DNA of 64,000 nucleotides. Source: Chrysomallon squamiferum (lineage: Eukaryota; Animalia; Mollusca). The stretch is from positions 9,300,001 through 9,364,000 of the forward strand of contig CM022668.1 in NCBI GenBank assembly GCA_012295275.1, written 5' to 3'. Within the stretch, counting starts at the first letter, position 1. The number at the start of each line of letters is the position of its first letter. Position numbers and translations under genes: made by a program. Under the pieces are notes generated by a model. That model had not been told where the DNA came from, did no database searches, and saw only the letters and a list, made by a program, of their open reading frames with translations. Of this stretch, positions 1-14,649 are shown piece by piece.

Positions 1-121
1 GCTCGATTCTGCAGAGGGGGTGGTAGATGACCCAACACGAGGAGTGTGATGAGACCCAGGTGTCTTAGACTTTGATGAGGAACTGTGTCCAGGTGTTCTG
101 TGGTGTACACCTCTTGTAGAA
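1..121 (-). CDS. MSH4: MSH4-like coding exon 3 (continues beyond left edge)
   Basis: Minus-strand acceptor ttttccaag|. Open frame STRGVHHRTPGHSSSSKSKTPGSHHTPRVGSSTTPSAESS, phase-compatible with exon 365-509. Resembles the Ser/Thr-Pro-rich segment (..TPQVG..) preceding the MutS domains of vertebrate MSH4, from recall. Confidence 0.7.
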
Positions 122-364
122 CTTGGAAAAAAAAAAAAAAATAACAATAATAATCATTATAATAATGCATACAATAATTTTACTTTATTAACATCATAAA
201 TAAAATGGAGACTGGACTTTACAGATAACTAGTCATGATTGTAGGAATGAGTACTTGAATAACAATATATTTCATGGAATAATTGCTTGAATGAAAAATT
301 AATGTAAGGAAAAACATTTAAGTTATTAAATGACTATAATATTGCATCTATATTATATACATAC

Positions 365-509
365 CCCAATGAGCTGCTGCTTGAAGGATAAATGGATGAT
401 GTAGATGATAATCCAGGATTTATTTGGAAAACATCACTGCGTTCTGCTATAAGGTGAGAACTGATTGTTGGCAAATCTGAGGTACAAGGTGTTTCCAGCA
501 AACCAAAGG
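365..509 (-). CDS. MSH4: MSH4-like coding exon 2
   Basis: cattag|...GGG|gtat, 145 nt, phase 1 to 2. Open frame (T)FGLLETPCTSDLPTISSHLIAERSDVFQINPGLSSTSSIYPSSSSSLG. Joined to exon 1 it gives PKYTFGLLETP, similar to the MSH4 N-terminal motif PRYNFGLQETP (from recall). Confidence 0.7.
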
Positions 510-561
510 CTAATGATATGTAAAAATAAAAAAAATAAAAAATTAAATTAAATTAAAAATT

Positions 562-597
<36 letters not shown>

Positions 598-1233
598 TAA
601 ATAAAAATAAACAAAAATAAAATATGTAAATACTGATATATTATTAAGCAAAAACATTTTGATCCAATTACTATATCCTATTATTAGTATATAAAAAAAA
701 GAGTGAAAATTAGATTATGACAAAATCAAATTAAAATGATCAAAGACAATTAAAATAATTACTTTATCCATTTATAATAAATAATGTTGACAAAAAGATT
801 CATCTAGCAATGCCAGTCCTAAACATAATTTCCAAGCTTTTAACTGTAATTGGATGATTACAAATGCTGTGTTCAATGATATTTGTTTGTTTTTAAATCA
901 AACAAATACAAATTCTACATCATTTTTCTTAAGGTCATCAAACATTAAAGTCTCTTTTTAAAATCTTCATATTATATAAAGTGTAACATAACAGAATTTT
1001 CAATTCTGCTAATTCAAACAACCTGAAATCCCCCAATCACAATATATATTAAATGTGAAATGGTAAATTGTTTGAGTGTGAGTGTGAGTGCATATTCACA
1101 AATGCATCTGTATGTTCAAAATTTTGTACTTTAATCTTTCAAAAATTATTATAAGATATTTATGATGTTTATATGTTATATACTGGTTATTTTTATTTGT
1201 GCTTAATATAAACTGAGACAAATACTTTCTTAC

Positions 1234-1267
1234 TGTATTTAGGCTTTCTTTTCTCATCAGAAGTCAT
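1234..1267 (-). CDS. MSH4: MSH4-like coding exon 1 (start codon)
   Basis: ATG ACT TCT GAT GAG AAA AGA AAG CCT AAA TAC A|gtaag = MTSDEKRKPKY. Acceptor tttcag| at 1293 upstream. Phase 1 fits the next exon. Confidence 0.65.
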
Positions 1268-1445
1268 ATTTATTTATACCTTGTCAAAATTCCTGAAAGA
1301 TGGAGAATAATAAATAAACAAATAAATTAAAATAAAATGACTTGTAATAACAACAACAACAACAACAACAAGAAAAAGAAGAAGAAAAAAGTTCATGATT
1401 AAAATTTTCAATTTGTTATTTATTTTATGGATAAATAGATGACAA

Positions 1446-1499
<54 letters not shown>

Positions 1500-1501
<2 letters not shown>

Positions 1502-1682
1502 ATTTACCTGCGAGAGTAATCAATCCGTTAAAAAAAAAAAAAAAAAAAAAAAAATATCTGCACAGATAAAAACAAATAATAATAATAATTAAATAAAGAA
1601 AAAATATATTATTTAATAAAATGACAAAATAAATAAAAAGCAGTTAAAATAAAGAAAAATAACTTCACGTTATACAGTGTTA

Positions 1683-1737
<55 letters not shown>

Positions 1738-1890
1738 TTTTTAAATGTATTTGTTTTATTTTTTTCCGCAAATGTTAATTTTCGCAGACGACAAACTTGA
1801 TATGACGTCCTTAGCAACATTAACTTTGATCTCGTTTATGTCGTGAATTATCGAGATGGTCAAATGAGCGCTTAATAAATCAGATTATAA

Positions 1891-1930
<40 letters not shown>

Positions 1931-2049
1931 TTGTTATTATTAGTATTATTATTATTATTATTGTTGTTGTTGTTGTAGAACAACCAAAAATTTGAACTGC
2001 TACCATATTACAGTAATACTAATGGGTTCGTCCGACACTAGGCAATACA

Positions 2050-2082
<33 letters not shown>

Positions 2083-2520
2083 TTTACTTTATGGCTGGGA
2101 CTCTACATCGATTTTTTTTCGTGTTCTTTCTCTCTTTTTTTTTTTTTATATGTCATTATTATTTTGACGAAGAAGAATTAATTATTGCAATGCCGATTAT
2201 TTTAATTAGTAATTATTGAGTGATCTTCTAGAATAATGGATAATTACTCCTTCCTGTCGACAAAGGGTGTGCATTTACCGTTGTTATTACAATGGAGATG
2301 TTTTCGTCTGCTATAGAACCAAGGGTAGCAATTCTATCAGCAAACACTAGGTGTCGCTTTGTTCACCTTTCACCTCTGCATCGGAACTTTATCGCCTTTG
2401 CTTGTTTATTTTGAGGGGACATCTGATGTTATTAGTTGGAGGAAAACTTACTTTAAAATCGCTTGTTCGTGCTTCAAGTAAATGCTACTTATTATCGAAA
2501 TGGTAAGAATAGTCTCATCT
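1500..2520. promoter_or_regulatory. Candidate bidirectional promoter between MSH4-like (-) and MYO3 (+)
   Basis: CpG-enriched relative to flanks. Minus-strand donor cgcag|gtaaat near 1508 and plus-strand donor aaatg|gtaaga at 2502. CRE-like TGACGTC at 1803 and X-box-like GTCCTTAGCAAC at 1807-1818. Confidence 0.45.
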
Positions 2521-3454
2521 AATTTCTGTTTATTTATTGGTATTATAAATCTATTAGATCTATGTTTCTGCTACCTCGGAAACTTACTATTATACTGACA
2601 CCAGTTAGTGCTTATAAATTCGTGATATCAACAGATATAAACATTTCATAAAAAAATAAAAGAAGAAACAAATTCTGTCAGTTTATTAATCTGCATCCTG
2701 ACTTTACATAGATACGGTAAGAAGTTATTGTCATGCTATTGCAGTTGTTGTAGTAGTTGTTGTTATTATTATACATAAGTAGGCGTAAAACTACTCAAGC
2801 AGTCGGAAAACTGTCACACACGTGTGAATTAACCACAACCATATTAGAATTAATTAAATTTCTATTTTAAATTACTTTGGGGTGCTCTTGCTGTGAAGGT
2901 AAGTTCCATTTGTGTGTGTGTGTGTGCGTGCGTGTGTGTGTGTGCGTGCATAAATATATACATAAATGTATACATTTCTTTCCTGTTACACTTTTAGCTG
3001 AGTTTCTCAAATGACAACACAAGTGTCAGTATCTGTTGTATTGAAAGTGATTATTATTTTGAGCCAGGATTTGATTTAGAAATAAAATGCTACAGTTTGT
3101 ATAAGGCTTGACTCTTTTTTGTATGTAACAGAAAGTCTGTTATTTGTGCTGTTGGGTGGTATGCCTGACCATATCAAGATGCTAGGGTTCAAAGAGTTAA
3201 TGTTATTTTAGATTAATTGTCCTTGCACCTTCCTGATACAGGGAGTAATGGGTTGTAGTTTAGTATCAGAGAATAGATCTGATGCATGGTAAACTGTAGG
3301 ATCAGTCCACTACATTGCATCCATTAAGATTGTTTACTGTTCTGCAGATTAATTTTCAAAGGTTATGGCATGTTCTTTTCTGTTTGTAATGTTATATATC
3401 ATATACTTCATTATTTCACTATGAAATTCTAGTTATGCACTGCATTGTTATCAT

Positions 3455-3755
3455 GTCTGCATGGATTACAGGTAAATATAATATTTCATATCTAAAAAAC
3501 AGGTTAAAGCAATATTTCATAATGTCTGTAATGAAGGGAAGTGCAGGATTTGATAACGTCTGTAATACGTGTGTACAATATTTCTTAATGTATGTAACAG
3601 AGGTAAAAAACCCACAATATTTTGTATTGTCTGTAATACAGGTAAATATAGAATTTTGTAATTTCTGTAATGCAAGAAAATACAATAATTTATAATTTCT
3701 ATAATACAGGTAAATACAGTATTTCATAATGTCTGTAATACAGGTAAATACTGTA
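3455..3755 (+). repeat. Degenerate ~35-bp tandem repeat
   Basis: Recurring tgtctgtaatacaggtaaata...tatttcataa units. Confidence 0.7.
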
Positions 3756-3864
3756 TTGAAAGTTTCTTATTATTTCCAGTTCAGGCAAATTGTTATTTTA
3801 TTTCTATCATTTATCATTTATCATATAGGTAGGTAGGCTTTGGGTTATGGTATCAATTCTCCAC

Positions 3865-4125
3865 AGTTCACTGTTTGAGTCATTTCCTAATTCAGCCAGT
3901 GTTCCATGACTGACTTTTTGAAAGCATTGATATATATATTCATTTCTGTCTCTGAGAAGGTGCATTATGTAACATCTCTTGCTGCTTGTTGAAAGAGTAG
4001 CCATCACTTCATTTCATGGCATAATAAGTTTCCTCTCATTTTATTTGATTAGTCCTCAGTGATGTGTGTGATGCTTGGTAATTACAGATTAAAGTATCAT
4101 TAAGTAACCCACTTCTTCCTTCATT
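3865..4125 (+). mobile_element. Degenerate SINE-like element (core + tail)
   Basis: Shares a core (ttcagccagtg..gactg..aaag..tctgtc..gtgcat..atctcttgctgct) and a tail ending acttcttccttc with the copies at 20395-20975 and 14650-14837. Confidence 0.5.
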
Positions 4126-4944
4126 TAGACTGATGCCGTTAATAGGATGCAAGGTTCAGTTCAAGGTAACTAAACAGGAGGGGTACTTCACAGGCACACA
4201 CCTAAGCTTGTTGTATATATTTACTGTCCAGGGTGACACTTTATATGTGGTTGGTCAACACTAAACAATGAGTTGGTTGTTCACTGAACAAACAGCATCT
4301 AACTGGCACCTTTTAACGACAACATAATCCACAAATACTTCTCCACAAACAATCCTGATTGATTTGTTTAATTTCTGCACAGAGAAACTAAACAGATCAA
4401 TGAATTGAGCAGCAGCAATTCAGTGTTCTCAATCAGCAATAAATAACACTTTTTTTTTTCATCTTTTGTAAATCAATATGGCAGAAATTGTCATTTGTGC
4501 AAGTGAAATGTTGCTAGGAATTTGTGACAAGCAGTGAAAACGTATATTATTCATAATTCCCAAAAAGGCTGTTTTGAAAATTGTCATGTATTAGTTCGTA
4601 AGTAAGATATCTTTTTTTAATTATTCTGTTATGAGGATATAATGTATATTTGATACATTATTAATATTCTCTTCAGCTGCTTTTTAAGCTCTTAATAATG
4701 TTGGTATTATTATACTCTCATTTCCTTGAGTGCAAATTATTGATTGATTGATGTCTTTTATAAGCAGTAATAAAACTCAAAGTAAAAAAATGGATGCCTG
4801 TGGCTACATTATTTTATTTAACAGTAATTTTGCTTGAAATCCTATTGTCTATCTGTTTGTTTGTTTGTTTATATGGAAGAAATCTATTACTTAAATGTAA
4901 AATGTTTTTATTATTTTTATTCATATTCATATTATTATTATTAT

Positions 4945-4985
<41 letters not shown>

Positions 4986-5429
4986 ACATTATTGTTATTG
5001 TTGTTCTTAATATTATTATTATTATTATTAGTAGTAGTAGTAGTATAGATAGAACTGAAATAGCAGCATCATATAAAATTATGTTCCTTTATGAAAATAT
5101 TGAATAAAATACTCTCATCAGAATTTGATATTAAAGAGTCATTTGGTAACTACATCATTTGTACTCATATTTAAAATGAATACAGGTTTCTTTTTGAAAT
5201 ACTTGTAAGTTGCATGGTTCATCCAAGGTTCTGTTTGTTTGTCATAAGGTTTGGTTGATTAGTTCTTAGATCCAAGTATCACTGCTAGGTCTGTTTGTTC
5301 ATCCTTTGTTCAGGTTGATCTCAACCAAAGTTCTGTTTATTTATCCCAGGTTCTGGCTTAATTACATTAATAGTTATAACTGTTATCTTAGGTTCAATTT
5401 TGGCTTTAACAAATGTAAATTTTGAAACT

Positions 5430-6050
5430 TTTATTCATAGTTAAAATTTAGATAATAATACTGAATGTTACCACATGAAAATAAAATTAAATGTTTTACA
5501 CATATTACACACTTGGATAATAAAATTAAATGAGTTATATATAGTTATAAAAAATGTGTTGTACAGTTACACTAAGATAATTATCAAATGTTTTAAATAG
5601 TTACAGATAGATAATAAAATAAATGTTTGGTACATAGTTACAATTATATAATAAAATGTGTTGCACAGTTACACTTAATAAAACAAAACTGTGTTATGCA
5701 TAATTAGATAATTAAATTAAATGTTATGCACAGATAACAAAATTAAATATGTTTTACACAGTTACATTTAGAGTTATAATAAAATTAAATAGTACTATAT
5801 ATAGTTGCAATTGGATAATAAAAATAATTTTTTTATACATACTTAAAGTCAGGATAATATAATTATATATATTAATAGTTAAAATTAGGACAATAAAATT
5901 ACAGCAAAGATAATTAAATTAAATATGTTATGTTATAATTTAAATATATGAAATAAAATGTAGCTATGCATTGTTAAAATTAAGGCAAAAATACATGTTA
6001 AAGATGGTATAGATTAGTCTATGAAATTAAATGTATTATAGATTATTGAT
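5430..6050 (+). repeat. Highly degenerate AT-rich tandem repeat
   Basis: Recurring atagttaca(a)ttagataataaaattaaatgt units. Confidence 0.55.
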
Positions 6051-6786
6051 GTATATATTAAATAGCTGCTACAAAATGAAGGATCAGTTGTCACATTTAA
6101 ATAGAGCCATGAAATTTAATTAATCATGCTGAATTAAAGCTGTTGAAATTCTTTATTTTTGTTTCTTTAATAAACATACACATATGCACACATGTATATA
6201 CACACACATATAAAGAAAATAGAAATAAAATATCAGTTCATTTGGGGCAAAAATTGTGATGTAAAACAATATTAATTCAGGTGAATTTGCTAACACAACC
6301 TGCCTGTATAACAAACAGCGCAAACACTTAAAGAATAAATTTTAAAATGGTGATCAAGTTTGTTCTCATAAAATTTGCTTTTGTCAGTCAAATAGCAGAC
6401 CAGATGAAAGAAAAAAATCGAGAGCAAATATATGTTTTTCTTTTTTAGATTTGTTTTTGTTTTTATTTTATTAATTTTTGTTTCTTTTATAAATAAAAAG
6501 AAACTTCTGTGTTTGATGTGTGATAATAAATTAGACGTGGAAACTTATTCTAGCTTGTTTGGTCAACACTCACAGGTGACTCTTTGTTACTCAGTGTTTA
6601 AAATGTAACTGATGGACAGTCCACTCCATATCAGTATAATATTTAAAATCATTACTTTTTGTTGCTAGAGCAGAATATTTATGAAGAAATTTCATTCTTC
6701 TGTGAATGTTTGTTGCTGTTGAAGAGCCCTGAACCCTCTTGGTCTGTCTCTTTCTCCATATCTCTTTCATGTCTCTGTGCACGCGC

Positions 6787-6847
<61 letters not shown>

Positions 6848-8602
6848 AGAGAGATAGTCTTTATTTTTGTTTATTTGTTACAGTGTTCATGTGATTGGCA
6901 AGTGCAAACATAAACTCTTTCTCTTTCATGTGTTAATTTTAATTTTATTTGTTTGTTTATTACAGGCTTCGTATGGTTAAGAATCACTACACAAAAAACT
7001 CTGATGCTTGTGTCAGTGTTGAATATGAGACAAGAAGAAGGCAAGCACTTCATTTTACTTCTTTTTGTTTTTCTTCTTTTTTAATAAAAAGAAATCTGAT
7101 GCTACAATAGTATAAACATATTGTCCAAATGTATTTTTACACTTGAAAATTATTGTTTAACTTATTATTACCAGTATTAGAAGAATTATTATTAATCATC
7201 TAATGTCATTATTATTATTATTTTTATTATTTTTATTATTATTATTATTATTATTATTACCAGTATTTTAATTATTATTAATACCATGCTTATTAGTTGT
7301 TGTTGTTACTGTTATTACAATTATTTATGTTCTTGTTTATTTAAAAGTTTTATTAGCTTATTATTATTATTATTATTACTATTACTATTACTATTATTAT
7401 TATTAAGACAATTATTAAGACAATTATTTATTTATTTTCTTAACAGTTTTTATTATCAGTTTTACTAGCTTTTAAAAGGAAAAAAAAAAAAATAGAATAA
7501 AAATGTTCTCCTTTAATTAAGATACTGAGAAACTAAATACATTTGTTGACAACTCATTCCTTGATAATTCATGCACAAAAATCATTCCTTAAAACTGTTT
7601 GCTAAAACTGCAGTGTCAAAAATTTCACATCAAATCTTTTTCTCATTGTTTACCTGTGTAAACAGTAAGGTTTACATGCTTCGCTTCTACAACAGGTGAA
7701 AATGATATTTGTGCTCGGAGTATTTGTTTAGTGACCTTTGGAGATTGATTGATGGCGTCATTACTGTTATGGATACGTTCTTTGCATAAATTCATGTTTT
7801 TCAAAATACACTTTATGGTAGAAAAATCCAGAACATTATACTCTTAGTGTCAAAAAAAAAAAAGGATCTCGTAACTTGAATTTTTTTAATTTTTATTATA
7901 AGATCTGTATCAGTTCATACATGAAATTAGCCATCAGTTGCAGAGGCTGATCTCCTTCGCATTTTGCATTTCCTGAGTGAATCAGAATTTACATGTATTT
8001 CCTGAAAATTTCAGGAATTATATATATTTCCTGAAACATACACACCCCACACACACACACAACAGAGACTTAATAAATAACAAATTTGTTGTATTTTATG
8101 TTTTGCTATGATATTATTAATTAATTTATTTATTTATTTATTTTATCAGATTAATGTAATTAAGGCTTTCTCTCTTTCTCCGTATGCACCAACCTAATGA
8201 TTAAATTTTATCTATCAGTCAACAATCAATATATATAATACACACACACATAATTTTTTTTTAACAAAAATACATTTTAGTTTATTTATGTAATTATGTA
8301 GCTATTTTTGCTTATTTTATCTATATTATACAACCACTGAACGAAAGACATAATGTAGATTTCAAAAATAGTCAAATGCATTTCCATTATACATAATAGA
8401 TAAGACTAATGTTTTTGAAAAGTTTTGCTATTATTTATTTATATTAAATGGATTTCTGCTAATGACAGTACCTGTCACAGATGATAAATATGTTATAAAT
8501 GGAGTTTTACTGTTACACTTAGTTATCAATAGAAAAATCTCTCTGTAGAGAGATAACTGCTAGATATTACTTGTAATAAAAAAGGATTAGTTCAGTTTAT
8601 AG

Positions 8603-8640
<38 letters not shown>

Positions 8641-9078
8641 CACACACACACACACACACATTTATAGATATGTTTCACATAATCACATACACAGACATGC
8701 ATATGTTTATACATATGTATGTGCACATGAACACTCACCCACACCCACACACACACACACCCCGCATGCACACACTAAAAACGTACAAACAGGCATGTAT
8801 ATACAAACACACAAGCGCAGACTAAAATAAAATACATACATAGACTGAAAACTGAAACCCAAATACTCGCTGATAAATACAAAAAAAAACACACATAACA
8901 ATACACACACATAGATGCATGCATGGGTAAACACAAAACACAAGTATTTACACCCAAACTTATATATGCTAACACTTGTATAACATATCATGCACAAATA
9001 CACAAACACATTCACACATGCATACATGCATTAACACACAAACCGGCATAGACATTCACAAACACACACACACACACC

Positions 9079-9110
<32 letters not shown>

Positions 9111-11578
9111 CACACACAAACACACACATACACACACACATATATGACCTCTGTGACTTTTGTCTCTCTCACATGAAATACGATAGATCAGATGATCAAC
9201 ACTTCCTTGGGGCACCCATTATTTTTATATCCTTTTCCATAACTGGTTTGTGAAAGACGTGTACAAAGCAGGTCTTCTGTCTTGTTATCACAATAGTCCT
9301 AAACAAAACTGGAAGGAAAAGGCAGCAAATAAGGTAAGACGTATTTTAAAACAAGTGATTATGAAAATAATCTTTTCTCCAGAAGTGATCAGGGATTTGC
9401 AGTGTGTTATAATAAGTGCACATTGGGTGTTTGATTGAGGTGTGGCCTGGTGCAGTGCTGAGTTTTGCAGTCTACTTCAGTGTGTATGTGTCATTGCACA
9501 ATAGATCACACCCACATTTTATATGATATTCCATTGGAATATTATTAAAACCCAGGGTTGTGTAAGTAACTCCCTTTTTAGGAATGCTTAGTAGATTAAA
9601 TACTATTAACACTGATTGGGTGTGTGTGTACATAGATACTGTGTGTGTGTGAGTGTATGTGTGAGTGTGTGTGAGTGTGTGTGCATGTGTGAGTGTGTGT
9701 GTGCATGTGAGTGTGTGTGCGTGCGTGTGTGTGTGTGTGTGTGTGTGTGGTGATATATTAAAAATTAAAAAAAAGATCATTGATAATACATTTTTTTTCC
9801 CCTATACATAAAAGTGTGTGTGTGTCATTTGTTAAATCATAAACGGCAATAACTGGAACATTAAACAAAATCAAGTTTATAAACTTGCAAGCAAACCATG
9901 TTGTCTGAGCAACTTGTTTAATCATTATATCTAAACCCCACTGTTTGTCATGTTAAATATATTATCAGCAAATATTTGATGTTTTCCTTCCTGTTTCATA
10001 TTTAATGATAAAAATTATTTAAATACTACTCTGTGGTTGTGATAATGTGTTTTTCAATGTGTATGCTTCAATCAATCATTAGTTTATAGGCCTGGTTTAA
10101 AGTTTGATTAATAGTGGACATTTATGTGACATATGACTGTTCATTTTGCCTGTTTCAGGTTTCATGATATTTTTATTGTGATTAAGTTTTTGCTTTCTCA
10201 TTTTTCTGCCCAGTTTCTTTTCTCTGTGTCTCTCCTGAGTGACATTTTCTTTATGTGTTAAGTAAACTTGTTTCATCAATCATTTCTTTCTTTCAGAAGT
10301 TTTCTTTCTCTGTCTATCACACAAATGTCAGTCCTCTAGCAGAGCTTTTCTGTCATGTTATCATTTCTCTTTTTTCCATTTTTTTTTTTTTTTTTTATAC
10401 TTGTTTCTCTCATTTTATATCTCTGATTTGTCTTTCTGTGCTTTTCTCTTTTTACACTTTCTTCTGTTGGTCTCTCTCTCTCTCTCATTCACACACGCAC
10501 ACATATTCTTTCTTTATATCTCTTATGGGAAATAAAAAAAATATATATAATAACAATATTAGGTTATTTTTCTGTGGCACACATCGGTAACATAAAATAA
10601 TACACAGACTTGGCATTTAATGACAAGTTAATCAGGTGCAGCGCTTGCTTTCCAGGTAATAAAATACCTGTACAGACACAAAGATAAAAATACATTAACA
10701 AAATACATAAACATAAAGAACTGAATTGATGAATTCTGCTTTGTTCACTGACATATGTTATTATGTATATTGACATTGTTAAATACCTGAACGTAAGAAG
10801 AATAGATTTTGTAAATGCAGCTTTAGATGATTTATTGATAAAATAGGTTGATTTATGTAATAAAAGTTTACGGAAGCTAAAAAAATACAGTGTAATAAAA
10901 TGTTTGGGAGAAATTTTAAGGCAGTCGTATTAGATTAATAGCAGCAGAAGGATATACATATGTATGTATTATTAATTTTATTATTACAAGTATTATTATG
11001 ATTATTATTATTATTATTATTATTGTTATTATTGTTATTATTTTATTATTATTGTTGATGTTATTATTATTACAGTTGCTATTATTACAATTGTTTATTA
11101 TTTATTTTACTAACTTTTATTTTGTCATTTCTTAATAAAGGTACTGATATATTAAATATTTAGTGTGAATGTGTGTATGTGTGTGTTTGTGTATATGTAT
11201 GTGTTTGTGTATGTATGTATGTATGTATGTAAGGTATGTGTAGTTGTACATGTGTATTTGTATGTGAGTATGAAGAAGAAAAAGAAATACTGAATAATAT
11301 AAAAGATACAAATCAGATAAAATTTATAACAGGTAACATATGGTTTGGAATTTCAGTCTTTGTGTGTAACAGTGATGTGAGTATCAACATTTGTGTATTG
11401 TTAGTCAAACATCAGTTTCTACAGTCAGCTGCTACTGAGAGCTGGTTGGAATGGGAAATAATGAAACGAAACTTTTTATTTGCATTAAACAAGGCATAAA
11501 ATTATACAACAATATACACATATATACATACAAACACAGATGTATACACATACATATAGATACATACATACATACATA

Positions 11579-11614
<36 letters not shown>

Positions 11615-11615
11615 T

Positions 11616-11654
<39 letters not shown>

Positions 11655-11690
11655 GCGACACATATACACACACACACAAAACATCCAGAT

Positions 11691-11730
<40 letters not shown>

Positions 11731-12046
11731 ACATACACACACAAACATCCAGCTACATACATACACACATACAGATATAAATCTACTGATAAACTTACAC
11801 GCACAATACAGGTATGTATCTAATATTCAGTGATATGATATCAATATTTATTTTACATTGGTGTTGTGCACACCTGGTTGAGAGAGGTTTGATTTTGTTG
11901 CAGTTCACTATGACACAAAGGTAAAATCAATTGTGCTGTTGTTTCAGCGTGTCAGATTTAAGTCGCACACTATAACTTGTAAACAGAAGTTCTTACCATC
12001 TGTTCGTTACTTCACACAGGTCTTACCTTGTCTCTTTGCTAACTTT

Positions 12047-12053
12047 ATGGCAG
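12047..12053 (+). CDS. MYO3: Candidate alternative MYO3 start exon (ATG GCA G|gtaagt)
   Basis: Consensus donor cag|gtaagt. Phase-1 splice to 16485 gives in-frame MADVTNNHT-MFRMF. Confidence 0.35.
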
Positions 12054-12669
12054 GTAAGTTTCTTTTATGTAGATACATACGTATAATGTTTTAATATGCA
12101 TGGATAGAGAGGTGAAAGAATGATGTATGCATGTGTGAATGAATATTTTATAGGTGTATATGCATATTTTGGAATCTGTCTGTCTGTCTGTCTGTCTGTC
12201 TGTCAGTCTGTCTGTCTGTCTGTCTCTCCGTGATTGTGATTGTACATATATATTTGTGTATATATGATTATGTGTTTGTGCATATATGATTATATGTTTG
12301 AGTATTTAAGTTCATCTAATTTGTTTTGTAATTATTTTTTTCTAATCTGTCCCTCTTAATTTTTATGATAAAGAAAATAATTTTGATATATTTTAATTAT
12401 TTTAACATTTTGATACTACATCAGTGTTTAATTTATGTACAAGCTGATTTTATATCACTTTGATGCTGTAATTAATTACTGTTTTTTTTTTTTTTTTTTT
12501 TAAAACATGCTGGTTTATTAAAATGTTGATGCTGTTAATTAACTGATAGTTAAAAAATCTCCAGATAATTTTTTAGAATCTAATTTTTGTAATGAAATGT
12601 ATTACTGTCTTTGTTACAAAAGTAACATATTACTTTCTGTTCTATTTTTATAATAATTTTCTTCTTCTT

Positions 12670-12708
<39 letters not shown>

Positions 12709-14099
12709 TTTGTTTATTTTAATTATTAGTGATTCTTTTTAAGTTATTACAATTTTTACTGGGGTTTTTTTTTCTAGTTTTTTTTTTTTTTTATTTTTTT
12801 ATAACTGGTTATTGGTTTTAACATTTTTAAACTTCCATCTTGAAATTAATTACTGGTTCTGTTAAAAATTGTTTAAGAATCACTGACAGTTAAGTTTGGT
12901 TTACTTTAAATTTAGAAGCTGCAGGTGCAAAACTTATTTCTAGGAAATAAATTTATTTTCTTCCATTCCGGAACGGCAATTACAAGATTATTTATATTGA
13001 CTCTAGTTTTGTAGATTAATTCTAGTTTGATCAGTTTAATGTATTTGTAATGACATATTTATTACCACAGCTCCTTTGAAGGAAATAAAATCAATACAAT
13101 GATTTTAATACTTTCTGCATTTTATGGGCATGCTATGTTAACAGTTAAGATCAAGATAAAAGCACTGAAGAAAGTTTAATCTATTTTAAATTTTCATTAT
13201 ACAAATATAAAAAAATATATAAAACATTTGTGTCTCTGACACAAACTGAATTGTTTGCTAAAGACTCTAATTTTTAGTTACTATTGCTTAAAGAAAAAAA
13301 AAAAAACTAGTATAGTGATAAGTTCTCCAAATAACCATGGATGCAAGCAGGTAGGAAGACATGATCCCACAACATAGATATTTAAGACTGATACCCTAAC
13401 CAGTGTGATCTCTTGACTGTTTATGGACTTTTTGTTTAGGACTATGAAAATTTCCAATAGGCTAACGAGAATAAGCACTATGATGAATTGTCTGTCTTTA
13501 GAACAGCTGAGAAACTTTTTTCTCCTTCAGCAGTTAAGATGTTAGTATTGTTGCTGTTAGTATGTTAGAAAAGAAGGGAGACAAATCAGGAGAGGGGTTT
13601 TTTTCTGGAGCAGTAAGTTACGAGTTTGGTTTTGTGAATAGTTTGTCACAAACTTGTAGGCTTTTTCATAATCATTTTTAATTTTATTTTGTTTTTAAAT
13701 TTAACTCACTTTATCATCTTTTCAATACAGGGAAACAAAATTAATATTCTATTTATTTCTAACCAGAAAACCAAAAATTATAACTGCATTATGTGTGTGG
13801 CTGAGAGTGTATGTTTATTTGTATATGTTTCTTTAAGCAATGTTTATGTTGTGTCTGTGTGTGTTTGTGTGCATATGTTTGTGTGTGTGTGTGTTTCTTT
13901 GTGTGTGTATGTTTTATATTATGTCTGTATGTGTTTGTTTGTGTGTGTGAGGCAATTTCCAGATACAACACAAAACCAAAAGCAAAATATTCCCATCGAA
14001 GCTAGTATAACTTGTATAACTGGTGTTTTCATTTACCTGAATATATATATATCCATGTCATGATAAACAAGGATTGTGGTGTGTTTGGTTAGTAACTGC

Positions 14100-14450
14100 A
14101 TTAATATAACCAAACTTGTTATATAACTAAGCTTAAATTGGTAACATGATATAACTGGAGGAATTATAACTATAAATTGATAATATATGTAGCTATAGGA
14201 GTTGGTAACATTATGTTGCTAGAGAAATTGGTATTATGATATGACTGTAGGGTTGGTACCATAATCAAACTGTAAGAGTTTGCTGTCATGGTATAATTGC
14301 AGGAGTTGGTATCAAACTTTAACTATCACTGCTAATGTGGTATATGTGTAGGAATAACTATCACAATATAATTGTAGGAGATGATTTGGTGATATTGTGG
14401 GAATTGGTATCAAGAGATATCTGGAGATACACTGTTGCAGTATCATGATA
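14100..14450 (+). repeat. Degenerate ~30-bp tandem repeat
   Basis: Recurring aattggta(a/t)catgatataactgtagga units. Confidence 0.55.
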
Positions 14451-14649
14451 TATCATCTACTTCATGGCAGAGTATCATATAAGCTAACAATGTGCCATTG
14501 GTTAGATGTTTTATAATTTAGAGGAAGAATGAATGAATAAATATTTAATATCATAAGTGAATGTTTAATTGTTTTCTGTCAGGCATGAAGTTTTACTTGA
14601 TGACAATATGTAAATAAAGAAAACTGATGCTAAGATTCTGTTGCCTGCT

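Noticed and set aside
1280-1292. 13-nt minus-strand microexon (cag|GAATTTTGACAAG|gtat)
   Set aside because: Contains TGA in the required frame; better explained as 5' UTR of the exon that continues to the ATG at 1267.
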